IMG/VR virus record: IMGVR_UViG_3300027956_000015
Span: 1 to 45,243 of that record
From: a virus
Lineage: Duplodnaviria; Caudoviricetes
Reading direction: 5' to 3' (one strand)
Length of the DNA: 45,243 bases
Made by a program: the position numbers and the translations under genes. The notes beneath the pieces are model-generated. The model was given only the letters and a program-made list of their open reading frames with translations. It ran no database searches and was not told the DNA's origin. This document shows, one piece after another, positions 18,737-28,296 of this stretch (positions within the stretch are counted from its first letter, which is position 1; every line of letters begins with the position of its first letter).

Positions 18737-18744
18737 TAACTTTG
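18737..18744 (+). promoter_or_regulatory. Promoter -7 box
   Basis: TAACTTTG followed by AAATAATTTAAA leader, resembling the 23931/27765 promoters. Confidence 0.65.
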
Positions 18745-18768
18745 ATGAAATAATTTAAACTAAAGCAC

Positions 18769-20976
18769 ATGGAATATTCGGAATTTTTAAAAACAAAAAC
18801 AAAATCATTTATTGAAAGTGGTTTTACACCTGATAAATTGAATAAAAATTTATTCGATTTTCAACAATACGCAGTTAAAACAGCATTGCAAAAGGGTAGA
18901 TTTGCCCTTTTTTTTGACTGTGGATTGGGTAAAACATTAATGCAGTTAAGTTGGGCAGAGGCTGTTTATAATCACACTAAAAAAAAGGTTTTAATTTTAG
19001 CACCTTTAGCAGTTGTTGAACAATCAAAAGATGAGGCGGTAAAGTTTGGAATATCTTTAAAATGTTTTGATATTACCAACTACGACCAGTTAAAAAATAT
19101 TGAAAATGTAAATCAATATTCAGGCGTTGTATTAGATGAAAGTTCAATATTAAAGGGGCGCGATGGTAAGTTATCCAGTTTAATTATTGATACGTTTAAA
19201 CAAACTCCATATAAATTAGCGTGTACAGCAACACCAAGCCCAAACGACCATATGGAATTGGGGCAACATGTTGATTTTTTAGGTATTGATAGTTACGAAA
19301 ATATGAAGTCTTTATATTTCGTTCAAGATGTTAAACTAAAAACATCAAATAAATGGAGGTTAAAAGAACACGCAAAAAATGATTTTTGGAAGTATGTTTG
19401 TACATGGAGTATGGCGTGTAGCAATCCAAGTGATTTAGGATTTACTCATTGTGGTTATGATTTGCCCGAAATTGAATTTATCGAGCATTTAATTCCAGTT
19501 GAAAATAAAAGCAATAATTTATTTGGCGATGTTGCTGTATCGGCTACTGATTTGCACCAAGATTTAAAACGTTCTTTTGATTTAAGGATTGAAAAAACAA
19601 AAGAGTTAGTTAACAATTCGGATGAACAATGGCTTATTTGGACTTTAAAAAATGATGAAGCCGATATTTTGAACAAAGAAATAAAAAACAGTATAAATGT
19701 ACAAGGTTCGGATAACCCTGAATACAAAGCCAAACATTTAAACGGATTTGCTAAGAATGAATTTCAAAATTTAATCACTAAAACAAGTATTGCAAGTTTT
19801 GGTATGAACTATCAAAACTGTTGTAACATGGTTTTTACATCATACGATTTTAAGTTTGAAGCATTTTATCAAGCTGTTAGGCGTTCATATCGATTTGGGC
19901 AAAAGAATAAAGTAAAAGTTCATATTTTAGTTCCCGAAAGTCAATCAAATGTTAGGGCTACTATTTTGGAAAAACAAAGAAAACACGTAAAAAAATCTAA
20001 AGAAATGGCTAAATATAGTGGGTTACAAGATTACAAAAAAGAAATTGATTTAATAAAAGAAAAAAAACAAATCATTACTGAAGAATATCAAATATACTTA
20101 GACGATACTTTTGTAAAAGTAAAAGATTTAAAAGATGAAAGCGTTGATTATTCCTTATTTTCACCGCCTTTTAAAGATTTATATACTTATTCAGACGACC
20201 CAAGTGATTTAAGTAATGTAGGAAGTGATAAAGAGTTTTATAATCATTTTTCTTATTTAGTTCCTGAATTACTAAGGATAACTAAACCAGGAAGATTATT
20301 ATCCATGCATATAATGCAAGGCACTACATCAATAGGTAAAGATGGATTTTATTCTATTGTTGATTTTAGAGGGGAATTAATACGATTATTTCAATCTTTT
20401 GGTTGGATTTTTCATGCTGAAAAAATGATAAGAAAAAGCCCACAACTTGCAGCAGTAAGGACAAAAAACCATCAATTATTACATAAATCCACAAAAAAAG
20501 ATAGTACAATTTCTAGACCGGGACTAGCCGATTATATTATTACTTTTAGGAAGCCCGGAATAAATAAAGTTCCAGTTGTTAACGACATAAATTTTGATGA
20601 CTGGTGCAAGATAGCCGAGCCATGCGAATTTGATGACAGTATTAATATTGAAGTGTTAAGAAAAATAAGTGACCCATTATGGGTGGACATTGAAGAGGGG
20701 GATACTATAAGTAATTTTAGAAAGGGAAAATCGGAAAAGGATGAAAAACACATGACCCCAACACAATTAAGCGTTATTAGAAATTGTATTTTACTTTGGA
20801 GTAATAAAAACGATGTAGTTTTTGACCCTTTTGGCGGAGTTGGTTCAATAGGCTATCAAGCTTTAACAATGGGTAGAAAATCAATATCTATTGAATTAAA
20901 AGAAAGTTACGTTAAAATAAATGAACAAAATCACAGAAACGCATTAATTAAAAACAGTCAATTAACATTATTTTAA
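18769..20976 (+). CDS. SNF2-like helicase fused to amino (N4/N6) DNA methyltransferase
   Basis: DCGLGKT, LDESS, TATPSPND, QAVRRSYRFGQ; then FSPPF…KHMTP…VFDPFGGVGS (beta-class motif order). Confidence 0.88.
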   Translation: MEYSEFLKTKTKSFIESGFTPDKLNKNLFDFQQYAVKTALQKGRFALFFDCGLGKTLMQLSWAEAVYNHTKKKVLILAPLAVVEQSKDEAVKFGISLKCFDITNYDQLKNIENVNQYSGVVLDESSILKGRDGKLSSLIIDTFKQTPYKLACTATPSPNDHMELGQHVDFLGIDSYENMKSLYFVQDVKLKTSNKWRLKEHAKNDFWKYVCTWSMACSNPSDLGFTHCGYDLPEIEFIEHLIPVENKSNNLFGDVAVSATDLHQDLKRSFDLRIEKTKELVNNSDEQWLIWTLKNDEADILNKEIKNSINVQGSDNPEYKAKHLNGFAKNEFQNLITKTSIASFGMNYQNCCNMVFTSYDFKFEAFYQAVRRSYRFGQKNKVKVHILVPESQSNVRATILEKQRKHVKKSKEMAKYSGLQDYKKEIDLIKEKKQIITEEYQIYLDDTFVKVKDLKDESVDYSLFSPPFKDLYTYSDDPSDLSNVGSDKEFYNHFSYLVPELLRITKPGRLLSMHIMQGTTSIGKDGFYSIVDFRGELIRLFQSFGWIFHAEKMIRKSPQLAAVRTKNHQLLHKSTKKDSTISRPGLADYIITFRKPGINKVPVVNDINFDDWCKIAEPCEFDDSINIEVLRKISDPLWVDIEEGDTISNFRKGKSEKDEKHMTPTQLSVIRNCILLWSNKNDVVFDPFGGVGSIGYQALTMGRKSISIELKESYVKINEQNHRNALIKNSQLTLF

Positions 20977-21209
20977 TGGCTAAAAAATCAAAGAAAAACC
21001 CCACAGACCCGCACCAACAAATGATAATCAACACGTCATTTGTTAGCCCAAAGGGGGCAAAGTGTAGGTTTATGGGGTATATTGAAAATACAAACTGTAA
21101 AAAGTGCCATGTATTGAATTTAGAAACAAACGAAATGGCAATAGTAGATTATGCTTTAATTAAGGATTTATTACCGAAATGGAATGTAAATAAACAGGAG
21201 AATTATTAG
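20976..21209 (+). CDS. Hypothetical protein
   Basis: TAATG-coupled 77-aa ORF. Confidence 0.6.
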   Translation: MAKKSKKNPTDPHQQMIINTSFVSPKGAKCRFMGYIENTNCKKCHVLNLETNEMAIVDYALIKDLLPKWNVNKQENY

Positions 21210-21217
21210 AAAAAAAC

Positions 21218-22405
21218 ATGGAAAAAATAAACGTACTAAGCCTATTTAACGGAATGAATTGCGGGTACTTAGCTTTGCACAATTTAGGAATAAAAGTAAA
21301 TAAATACTATTCTGCTGAAATTGATACACACGCTATTAAAGTAGCACAAACTTTATTTCCTGATACAATCCAATTAGGGGATGTAACTAAATGGAGGGAA
21401 TGGGATATTGAATGGGATAAAATTGATATTTTAATTGGTGGTTCGCCTTGCCAGGGATTTAGTTTTGCAGGTAAACAATTAGCGTTTGACGATCCTAGAA
21501 GTGCTTTGTTTTTTGTATTTGTAGAAATATGGGAACACATAAAAAAGGTAAACCCAAAGGCTTATTTTTTATTGGAAAATGTACGCATGAAAGAGGAACA
21601 CGAAAACGTAATTAGTAATTACATGGATGTAAAACCTATACTTATTAATTCGGCTTTATTATCCGCTCAAAATAGGAATAGATTGTATTGGACAAATTTG
21701 TCCAATGAGCCATACGGTTTATTTGGCTATAATCATTGCACAATTCCACAACCAAAAGATAAAGGAATATTATTAAAGGATGTTTTAGAAAAAGAAGTGG
21801 ATGAAAAGTATTTTTTGAGTGATAAGATGTTGAAGTTTCTGTTGGTAAATTCAACAGGAATAAATGGATGTTTTAAACCAACCGAACCAAAAGATATAAA
21901 TGGAAAATCAAATTGTATGACTTCGCGACAGCATAAAATGGGCAAACAAGATAATTATATTTGCGTTGCAATGCGTGGAAGAAATCCCGAAAATCCTAAA
22001 AGTAGAAAATCGGGCCTACCTACTGAACAACAAATAGAACCGAGAATTGATGGAAAAACTAATTGCTTAACTACGGTGCAAAAAGATAATTTAGTTTACA
22101 CTAAAAACTACCTACAATTTGATGTATCAGGTAAAGGGCATAAATCACAACAAGATAGAGCGTTTTATTTAGATGGTAAACATGGATGTTTAGCTACTGC
22201 TAGGGCAGATACAAAAACAGGAGTATTATTAGAAAATAGAATTAGAAGATTAACACCTAAAGAATGTATGCGTTTACAAACTATTCCGGAATGGGCAATT
22301 GAAAAAATGCTTACTTGTGGAGTAAGTGATACACAATTATACAGAATGCTAGGCAACGGATGGACCGTTGATGTAATTAGTTATATTTTAAGTTTTATAA
22401 AATGA
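21218..22405 (+). CDS. C5-cytosine DNA methyltransferase
   Basis: LSLFNG, GGSPCQGFS, LLENV, QNRNRLYW, RRLTPKECMRLQ, LGNGW. Confidence 0.95.
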   Translation: MEKINVLSLFNGMNCGYLALHNLGIKVNKYYSAEIDTHAIKVAQTLFPDTIQLGDVTKWREWDIEWDKIDILIGGSPCQGFSFAGKQLAFDDPRSALFFVFVEIWEHIKKVNPKAYFLLENVRMKEEHENVISNYMDVKPILINSALLSAQNRNRLYWTNLSNEPYGLFGYNHCTIPQPKDKGILLKDVLEKEVDEKYFLSDKMLKFLLVNSTGINGCFKPTEPKDINGKSNCMTSRQHKMGKQDNYICVAMRGRNPENPKSRKSGLPTEQQIEPRIDGKTNCLTTVQKDNLVYTKNYLQFDVSGKGHKSQQDRAFYLDGKHGCLATARADTKTGVLLENRIRRLTPKECMRLQTIPEWAIEKMLTCGVSDTQLYRMLGNGWTVDVISYILSFIK

Positions 22406-23862
22406 ATTTCGAACTAAGACAATACCAGAAAGATTTTTTAAACGATATTTTAAAAGGTTTAAAATTTAATCAAAAAATAATAGCTTGTAGTGCTACTGGG
22501 AGCGGTAAAACTAAAACATTTGTTGCATTAACTCATAAGGCAATTTCCAACGGTAAAACGGTTTTAATTTTAACTGAAAGTAAGAAAATATTTACCCAAA
22601 TATGTAGTGAGTTTACAAATGTTGAAAGTATTAGTTCATCTGTTACGGATTTGATTGTAATTAAAAATCAAATTTATATCGGTATGGCTCAAACTTTGGC
22701 TAATCGTGGGGCAATAATTAATCAATTTGCCCGATTAGGTAAAGAATTGATTATAATTAATGATGAAGCCCACATCGGTACTGCAACGAAATTATTAATT
22801 CAGTTTAAAAATTCGTACATAATTGGGTTTACTGCAACACCTAGATGGAAAGAAGCCCCACATTTAACCGAAATTTATAGAGGTATTGCAATGGGTAAAC
22901 AACCACAATGGTTAATTGAAAATGGATATTTAGCACCGTATTATCATTTGGCACGTACTCCAGTAGATTTAAGCCAATTACAAATTAAAAATGGCGAATT
23001 TACAGGACAATCACAAAATAAAGCATTTGACAAAACAGAGGTTTACCAAGGGTTATTAAATGATTTGACAAAATTAAAGTATTATAAATGCATGATATTT
23101 TGCGCAAATAAAGCCCATGCAGACAAAACAAGCAATACTCTTAGATTAATGGGAGTGGATAATGTTGTAGTACATACCAGTAATGATTTGGCAGATGAAG
23201 ATTTAAAACGATTTGAGCAAACAAATGATGTAAATGTATGTGTATCTGTTGGTATGTTAACTAAAGGATATGATTTTCCGCCAGTTGATTTAGTAATATT
23301 GAATAGAGCTACAACATCATTGCCTTTATATTTACAAATGATTGGTAGAGGATCTAGAATTTGTAAAGGTAAAACTAAATTTACCGTAGTTGATTACGGT
23401 AATAATTTTAAGCGTTTTGGTTTGTGGAATATTGAACGCGCATGGGATAAGCTTTGGAACGATATAAAATTGAAAGGCGAAAAAGATGAGTTTCAAACTT
23501 TTGATACTTGTGAGGGCTGCGGTTTTATATTGCTAGAAAAAGAGCCTGTTTGTCCTAATTGTGGAATGGAACAAGACCAGAATAAAGGACAAAAACCAAC
23601 TAAAGAAAAAGAAATTGAAGGCGAATTAATAGATATTACTGGAGGTTACAACGAAATAAGGGGCAAAATGATTAGTTCATTAAGTCCTAATGGGTTAAAA
23701 TTGTATATCGATTATACAGGGCAAATAAATACAGCTATTCGATTAGCGCGAACTAAATGCCCTACTTTTTTTAATCATTTTTGCAATGCTACTGGTTTAC
23801 AAGAAATTAAGCCTTTAGGAATTGATAAAAGCCTAATTTTTGAAGATTTTGAAATTAAGTAA
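22402..23862 (+). CDS. SF2 DEAH helicase with Zn finger (RadD/UvsW-like)
   Basis: LRQYQ, ATGSGKT, DEAH, GFTATP, QMIGRGSR, CEGC…CPNC. Confidence 0.92.
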   Translation: MNFELRQYQKDFLNDILKGLKFNQKIIACSATGSGKTKTFVALTHKAISNGKTVLILTESKKIFTQICSEFTNVESISSSVTDLIVIKNQIYIGMAQTLANRGAIINQFARLGKELIIINDEAHIGTATKLLIQFKNSYIIGFTATPRWKEAPHLTEIYRGIAMGKQPQWLIENGYLAPYYHLARTPVDLSQLQIKNGEFTGQSQNKAFDKTEVYQGLLNDLTKLKYYKCMIFCANKAHADKTSNTLRLMGVDNVVVHTSNDLADEDLKRFEQTNDVNVCVSVGMLTKGYDFPPVDLVILNRATTSLPLYLQMIGRGSRICKGKTKFTVVDYGNNFKRFGLWNIERAWDKLWNDIKLKGEKDEFQTFDTCEGCGFILLEKEPVCPNCGMEQDQNKGQKPTKEKEIEGELIDITGGYNEIRGKMISSLSPNGLKLYIDYTGQINTAIRLARTKCPTFFNHFCNATGLQEIKPLGIDKSLIFEDFEIK

Positions 23863-23930
23863 AAGTGTTAAAATATCTTAATAAATTAAATTTATTGTAT
23901 AAATTATTGTTTTTATTATTGTTTTTATGG

Positions 23931-23990
23931 AAAAGATTATTATCTTTGAATAAATAATTTAAAAACATATAAGACATGGAAAATTTAAAA
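23931..23990 (+). repeat. Repeated promoter + leader + first five codons, copy 1
   Basis: 60-bp exact match to 27765-27824; contains TATCTTTG (23941-23948) and ATG 23976. Confidence 0.95.
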
Positions 23991-24167
23991 ATTACCTCAA
24001 ACAAATCTGCAAGAACTTTCACTATTAGAAAATTGGAAAATAACAAAGTTTATGCAAAATTTAGGACTTATCAATTTGACAAAGAGGAGTTTAATAATGC
24101 TATATTTTGGACTGAAAACGATTGGAGAAATTGGCTAAAAACAAACGCTTACAAAAGAATAAAATAA
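23976..24167 (+). CDS. Small early cassette protein 1
   Basis: 63 aa, starts MENLK; own promoter and 3' hairpin. Confidence 0.75.
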   Translation: MENLKITSNKSARTFTIRKLENNKVYAKFRTYQFDKEEFNNAIFWTENDWRNWLKTNAYKRIK

Positions 24168-24176
24168 TAAAACAAC

Positions 24177-24200
24177 GGGGCTTAACCGCCCCTAAATTTT
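24177..24200 (+). repeat. Repeated stem-loop, copy 1
   Basis: GGGGC-TTAACC-GCCCC-TAAATTTT, identical to 28056-28079. Confidence 0.92.
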
Positions 24201-24335
24201 GTAAATCAAAATTTTTATTTAACTTTACCACCGCACAAATCTAAAAGTTACAAAAATGAAAATATTATAAAAGGCATTTCTATTAATGATGGTTGTAACT
24301 TACCTGTGCAACATTAATAGTTTTGCCTTTTTTTT
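24198..24335 (+). promoter_or_regulatory. Promoter plus structured attenuator-like leader
   Basis: TTTG 24198, TAACTTTA 24220; long hairpin 24269-24331 ending in a T run; 5' leader complementary to the hairpin loop. Confidence 0.6.
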
Positions 24336-24348
24336 ATTTTATACTCCA

Positions 24349-24612
24349 ATGAAAAAAATATTATCCAAAATAATAGCTAAAACAGATAAAGCAGTTTGTT
24401 TAGATGTTGCTTTTTTTCATCCAAATAAAACTATTGCGTATCATAAAATTTGGATACCAAATTACAAAATTTTGTATATCAATCCTGATTTAGTTTTAAC
24501 AGTTATAATTATTGACACAAGTATTTTTGACCATATAAATTCAATGATTTATAAATCTTTGGGTAAGGATATTAATTTTGATAAAGTTGAAAATTATATT
24601 TTTTCGGTATGA
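24349..24612 (+). CDS. Hypothetical protein
   Basis: Start moved to ATG 24349 (MKKILSKIIAKTDKAV…KIWIP), since the upstream extension runs through the leader hairpin. Confidence 0.6.
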   Translation: MKKILSKIIAKTDKAVCLDVAFFHPNKTIAYHKIWIPNYKILYINPDLVLTVIIIDTSIFDHINSMIYKSLGKDINFDKVENYIFSV

Positions 24613-25184
24613 AAAATAATAAATTAAATTTAGGTGTGTTTGATTGTAGCACAGGATTAATAAATATATTATACAATGATACGGTTAATAACATAAGTGT
24701 TCGCAATAGCACAATAAAAGATATGTTGTTAGTGGATAAGCTACAAAAAGAAAATAGTAATGCTGTTGGATTTATACAAAAAACAATATGGGAAGATTAT
24801 GTATGGGGAGGTAAAAGAAATTTTATTGTTTTAATATGTGAAGCTAATAATGATGCTGTTGGTTATGTGCTCATAACTCCTGCAAGAGGTTCGTATAAAT
24901 ACGCTAAAATACAACAAATAGCAGTAAGGAATGATGCTAGAAGATTGCAATACGGAACTGCATTAATAGATGTTTGTAGGCAATTTTGCGAAAAATTCGG
25001 GAGAATAGGTTTTACTTTAAGGTGTAGAGTTGATTTAGATAGTAATAACTTTTGGAAAGCGCTAGGATTTGAAAAATATGATGTTTGGGAAAAAGGTAAA
25101 ATAAATCACGTAGGCTTTAAGGCTAGTAACGATATTAATTTATGGAAGATAGAATTAAATAAAAATATTCCAACACTTTTTTAA
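24609..25184 (+). CDS. GNAT-family acetyltransferase
   Basis: IQQIAVRNDARRLQYGTALI (acetyl-CoA motif A) and SNNFWKALGF. Confidence 0.85.
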   Translation: MKNNKLNLGVFDCSTGLINILYNDTVNNISVRNSTIKDMLLVDKLQKENSNAVGFIQKTIWEDYVWGGKRNFIVLICEANNDAVGYVLITPARGSYKYAKIQQIAVRNDARRLQYGTALIDVCRQFCEKFGRIGFTLRCRVDLDSNNFWKALGFEKYDVWEKGKINHVGFKASNDINLWKIELNKNIPTLF

Positions 25185-25191
25185 ATTTGTA

Positions 25192-26085
25192 ATGAAAAAT
25201 ATTTATTTTAATTATTATAATTCCGACATCAAACAAGTTAAACCTATGGGTTTAGTTTCTTTGGAAAAATTTATTAATTCTATAAAAAATCCAAAGCCTA
25301 AAATGATTGAAATTTTGGAAAAAATAGAGTTTTACTCTAAAATCAAAGATGAAACTAACAGATCAAAATATAAACAAATGCTTTATTTTTTCACCCCATC
25401 AATTATTTGTGATTATAGAAATTATAAAGGAATTAAACAATTTACAGGACTTGCTACTTTAGATTTCGATAAATTAGAAAGTTACGAATATGCACAAGAA
25501 TTAAAGGAACATTTATTTAATGAATTTGATTTTATTATTTGCGCATGGTTAAGCAGTAGTAAATTAGGGGTTAGATGTTTGGTTCATATTCCGGCCGCTA
25601 GTTCAGTAGATGAATTTAAGCAGTATTACGGTTCATTAATTCAAGATTTTGGGATTTATAACGGTTTTGATACCGCCCCGAAAAATTGCGTTTTACCTCT
25701 TTTTTATTCTAGAGATAGTAATATTTTATTTCGTGAAAATTATAGTTTGTACGATAAAAAATTTATCCCGGAGCCAGTAGCACCGAAAACACAACCTATA
25801 CGGATTTATAAAAATAAGAAAGTTGAAATAATAAAAAAGATGGTCTATACTGCATTATCCAAAGTTAATAATTACGGACACCCACCACTAAGGGCAATTA
25901 GTTACGCGGTTGGGGGGTATGTTGCAAGTGATTATTTAACAATTGATGAAGCTGTTGATATTTTAAATGATGCAATTGATGGTAATAGTTATTTAAGCCA
26001 AAAGGCATCCATTTATAAAACTACTGCCAAAACAATGATTAACAAAGGACAAAGTGAGCCTTTAATTTTAGATTTTAATAATTAA
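25192..26085 (+). CDS. Primase-polymerase-like protein (VirE N-terminal / BT4734-like)
   Basis: YFFTPS…FTGLATLDFD…WLSSSKLGVRCLV; helical PriCT-like C-terminus. Confidence 0.7.
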   Translation: MKNIYFNYYNSDIKQVKPMGLVSLEKFINSIKNPKPKMIEILEKIEFYSKIKDETNRSKYKQMLYFFTPSIICDYRNYKGIKQFTGLATLDFDKLESYEYAQELKEHLFNEFDFIICAWLSSSKLGVRCLVHIPAASSVDEFKQYYGSLIQDFGIYNGFDTAPKNCVLPLFYSRDSNILFRENYSLYDKKFIPEPVAPKTQPIRIYKNKKVEIIKKMVYTALSKVNNYGHPPLRAISYAVGGYVASDYLTIDEAVDILNDAIDGNSYLSQKASIYKTTAKTMINKGQSEPLILDFNN

Positions 26086-26088
26086 TTT

Positions 26089-27708
26089 ATGAAAGAAAAA
26101 TTTTTTAAAAAGGAGGTTTTAGATTTATTAAAGCCATTTCATAATCCAGTTGATTTTTTTAATGAACATTTTGATTTCATCCAAATTTTTGATAGTTCAA
26201 AAGATAGATTTCACGCGATAGATACTCATAATGTGAGTGATAATTTATGCGTAAAAACCAACAATGAAGCTGTAAGGAATGAAAGCTGTTACCAATTGAA
26301 TGATAAAGGGACTGTTAACGTGCTATTCGATTGCCCTAAGATGAATTTAAGCCGAAATACAATTGTAACTAAGTTTGAACTATTTACATTGATTAGATTT
26401 AAAGGATTTGCGCAGGATGCTATGAACTTTGTAATGTATAGGGTAATGAAAAAACAAGTTCCTTATATGCGTGTTGGCTGTGATTATTTTAAGATTTTAA
26501 ATGATGTAAACCGTTATGGGGTTGAGGTTAAAAAAATTACTGGTTGGAAAAAACAAGAGATTACAGATGATCATGGAAAAACAATTTTAAAAGATTTGCC
26601 GAAATTTGATGGATTTACTTTGTACCCTAACAATAAAAACCACAAGGAATTTATCGGAGGTTATTATAATTTATATAATCAATTCCCACACAAAGCAGCG
26701 GACAAAAAAGATGTTACAAAAGAGGATTTTCCAAATATTGCCCGAATGATGACGCATATTTTCGGGGAAAATGAATATAATCCAGATCAAGAATGGCTGG
26801 GATATATTTATTTGCAAATTTTGTATTTATATCCGCGTAATCATTTTTATATTTTGTGTTTGGTATCAACTGAACGCCAAACAGGTAAAACTACTTTTAT
26901 GAATTTCCTGGAGATTATGCTAGGGGGAAATTATATAAGTATTAAACCCGATGATTTAACTAGTGATTTTAATGAGTTTTACGCAATTAAAAATTTAATT
27001 TCAGTAGATGAGGCTGTAATGGAAAAATCAAATGCAGTTGAAAGATTAAAAGCTTTGGTAACTGCAAAAACTCAATCAGTAAACCGTAAACACGTAGCAC
27101 AATATCAATTACCTTTTTACGGAAAAATTATAATGAACTCCAATAAAGAGCATGATTTTATGAAGATTGAACATGATGAGATTAGATTTTGGGTTCGCAA
27201 AGTTCCACCAGTAATAGGAAAAAGGGATGCATTAATTGAAGATAAATTAAAAGATGAAATACCTTTTTTATTAGCGTATTTAGAAACTTTGCCTTTACTT
27301 GATTTAACTAAGGATAGGTTTATTATTGAGCCACATCAAATCATTACAAATCAATTAAAAAAGGTACAAAAAGAGAGCGAAACATGGCTTAAAAAGGAAT
27401 TAGATGAATATTTAACCGATTTAATGATTAGTTGTGGTGGTTCGTTTTTTAATATTACTCCAAAAATTTTAAAAGAAAGGTTTTTCGCTAATAATAATCA
27501 AGTTAATATTTCGTACATAATTAAAGTTTTACGTGATGAATACAAAGCAAATCAAACAAAGGATATTGAAACTTTTTACCCCTTAGATAAGCATTGGGAA
27601 ACTCCGCAGTTAGGTGCAATTAGAGGTAGATATTACACCATAACCGCTAAAATGTTAGGGATTGAGAATGTAGAATTGAAAGATAAGCCAGATGAATTGC
27701 CTTTTTAG
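26089..27708 (+). CDS. Primase-associated SF3-like helicase (D5/DUF5906-like)
   Basis: STERQTGKTTF Walker A, ISVDE Walker B, IMNSN, IRFWV; ends DELPF. Confidence 0.85.
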   Translation: MKEKFFKKEVLDLLKPFHNPVDFFNEHFDFIQIFDSSKDRFHAIDTHNVSDNLCVKTNNEAVRNESCYQLNDKGTVNVLFDCPKMNLSRNTIVTKFELFTLIRFKGFAQDAMNFVMYRVMKKQVPYMRVGCDYFKILNDVNRYGVEVKKITGWKKQEITDDHGKTILKDLPKFDGFTLYPNNKNHKEFIGGYYNLYNQFPHKAADKKDVTKEDFPNIARMMTHIFGENEYNPDQEWLGYIYLQILYLYPRNHFYILCLVSTERQTGKTTFMNFLEIMLGGNYISIKPDDLTSDFNEFYAIKNLISVDEAVMEKSNAVERLKALVTAKTQSVNRKHVAQYQLPFYGKIIMNSNKEHDFMKIEHDEIRFWVRKVPPVIGKRDALIEDKLKDEIPFLLAYLETLPLLDLTKDRFIIEPHQIITNQLKKVQKESETWLKKELDEYLTDLMISCGGSFFNITPKILKERFFANNNQVNISYIIKVLRDEYKANQTKDIETFYPLDKHWETPQLGAIRGRYYTITAKMLGIENVELKDKPDELPF

Positions 27709-27764
27709 ATGTTAATATATGTTAATGAATATAAATATTATTATATTTCTTATTGTAAATATGA

Positions 27765-27824
27765 AAAAGATTATTATCTTTGAATAAATAATTTAAAAAC
27801 ATATAAGACATGGAAAATTTAAAA
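27765..27824 (+). repeat. Repeated promoter + leader + first five codons, copy 2
   Basis: Exact match to 23931-23990. Confidence 0.95.
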
Positions 27825-28046
27825 TTTATAACTGGAAAAACTTATTTTGAAAAATTTATCGGTGATGCTGATTTAAAAGTTGAATGGTTATGTATTAGCA
27901 GAACTGATAAAACAGTTAAGTTTTTAAATAAACAACGTGATGAAATTATTAAAAGGAAAATTAATGAATATCAAGGTACTGAGTATATAAGATATGGTAA
28001 TTATTCAATGAGTTCATCAATTTACGCAGATAGTTTGAAAAAATAA
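27810..28046 (+). CDS. Small early cassette protein 2
   Basis: 78 aa, MENLKFITGKTY…ISRTDKTVKF. Confidence 0.75.
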   Translation: MENLKFITGKTYFEKFIGDADLKVEWLCISRTDKTVKFLNKQRDEIIKRKINEYQGTEYIRYGNYSMSSSIYADSLKK

Positions 28047-28055
28047 TTAACAAAT

Positions 28056-28079
28056 GGGGCTTAACCGCCCCTAAATTTT
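28056..28079 (+). repeat. Repeated stem-loop, copy 2
   Basis: Identical to 24177-24200. Confidence 0.92.
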
Positions 28080-28086
28080 AAATCCC

Positions 28087-28296
28087 ATGAAAAAATTAAT
28101 TTATATCGTATTCCTCCCCCTCCTATCCTTTGCCCCGCCCAACAAGGTCGAAATAAAGCAAGAGTTTGATTATTCCGAACACATAAGGCAAAAATTAAAC
28201 TGCATTTTGGAAATTGATGATGGCTCGAATTATTGGGATGCAAAAAATAAGATTGAAAGTAAAGAATTATTAATTATTAAATATTTGAAAAGATGA
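28087..28296 (+). CDS. Small protein with signal peptide / membrane anchor
   Basis: MKKLIYIVFLPLLSFA N-terminus. Confidence 0.6.
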   Translation: MKKLIYIVFLPLLSFAPPNKVEIKQEFDYSEHIRQKLNCILEIDDGSNYWDAKNKIESKELLIIKYLKR

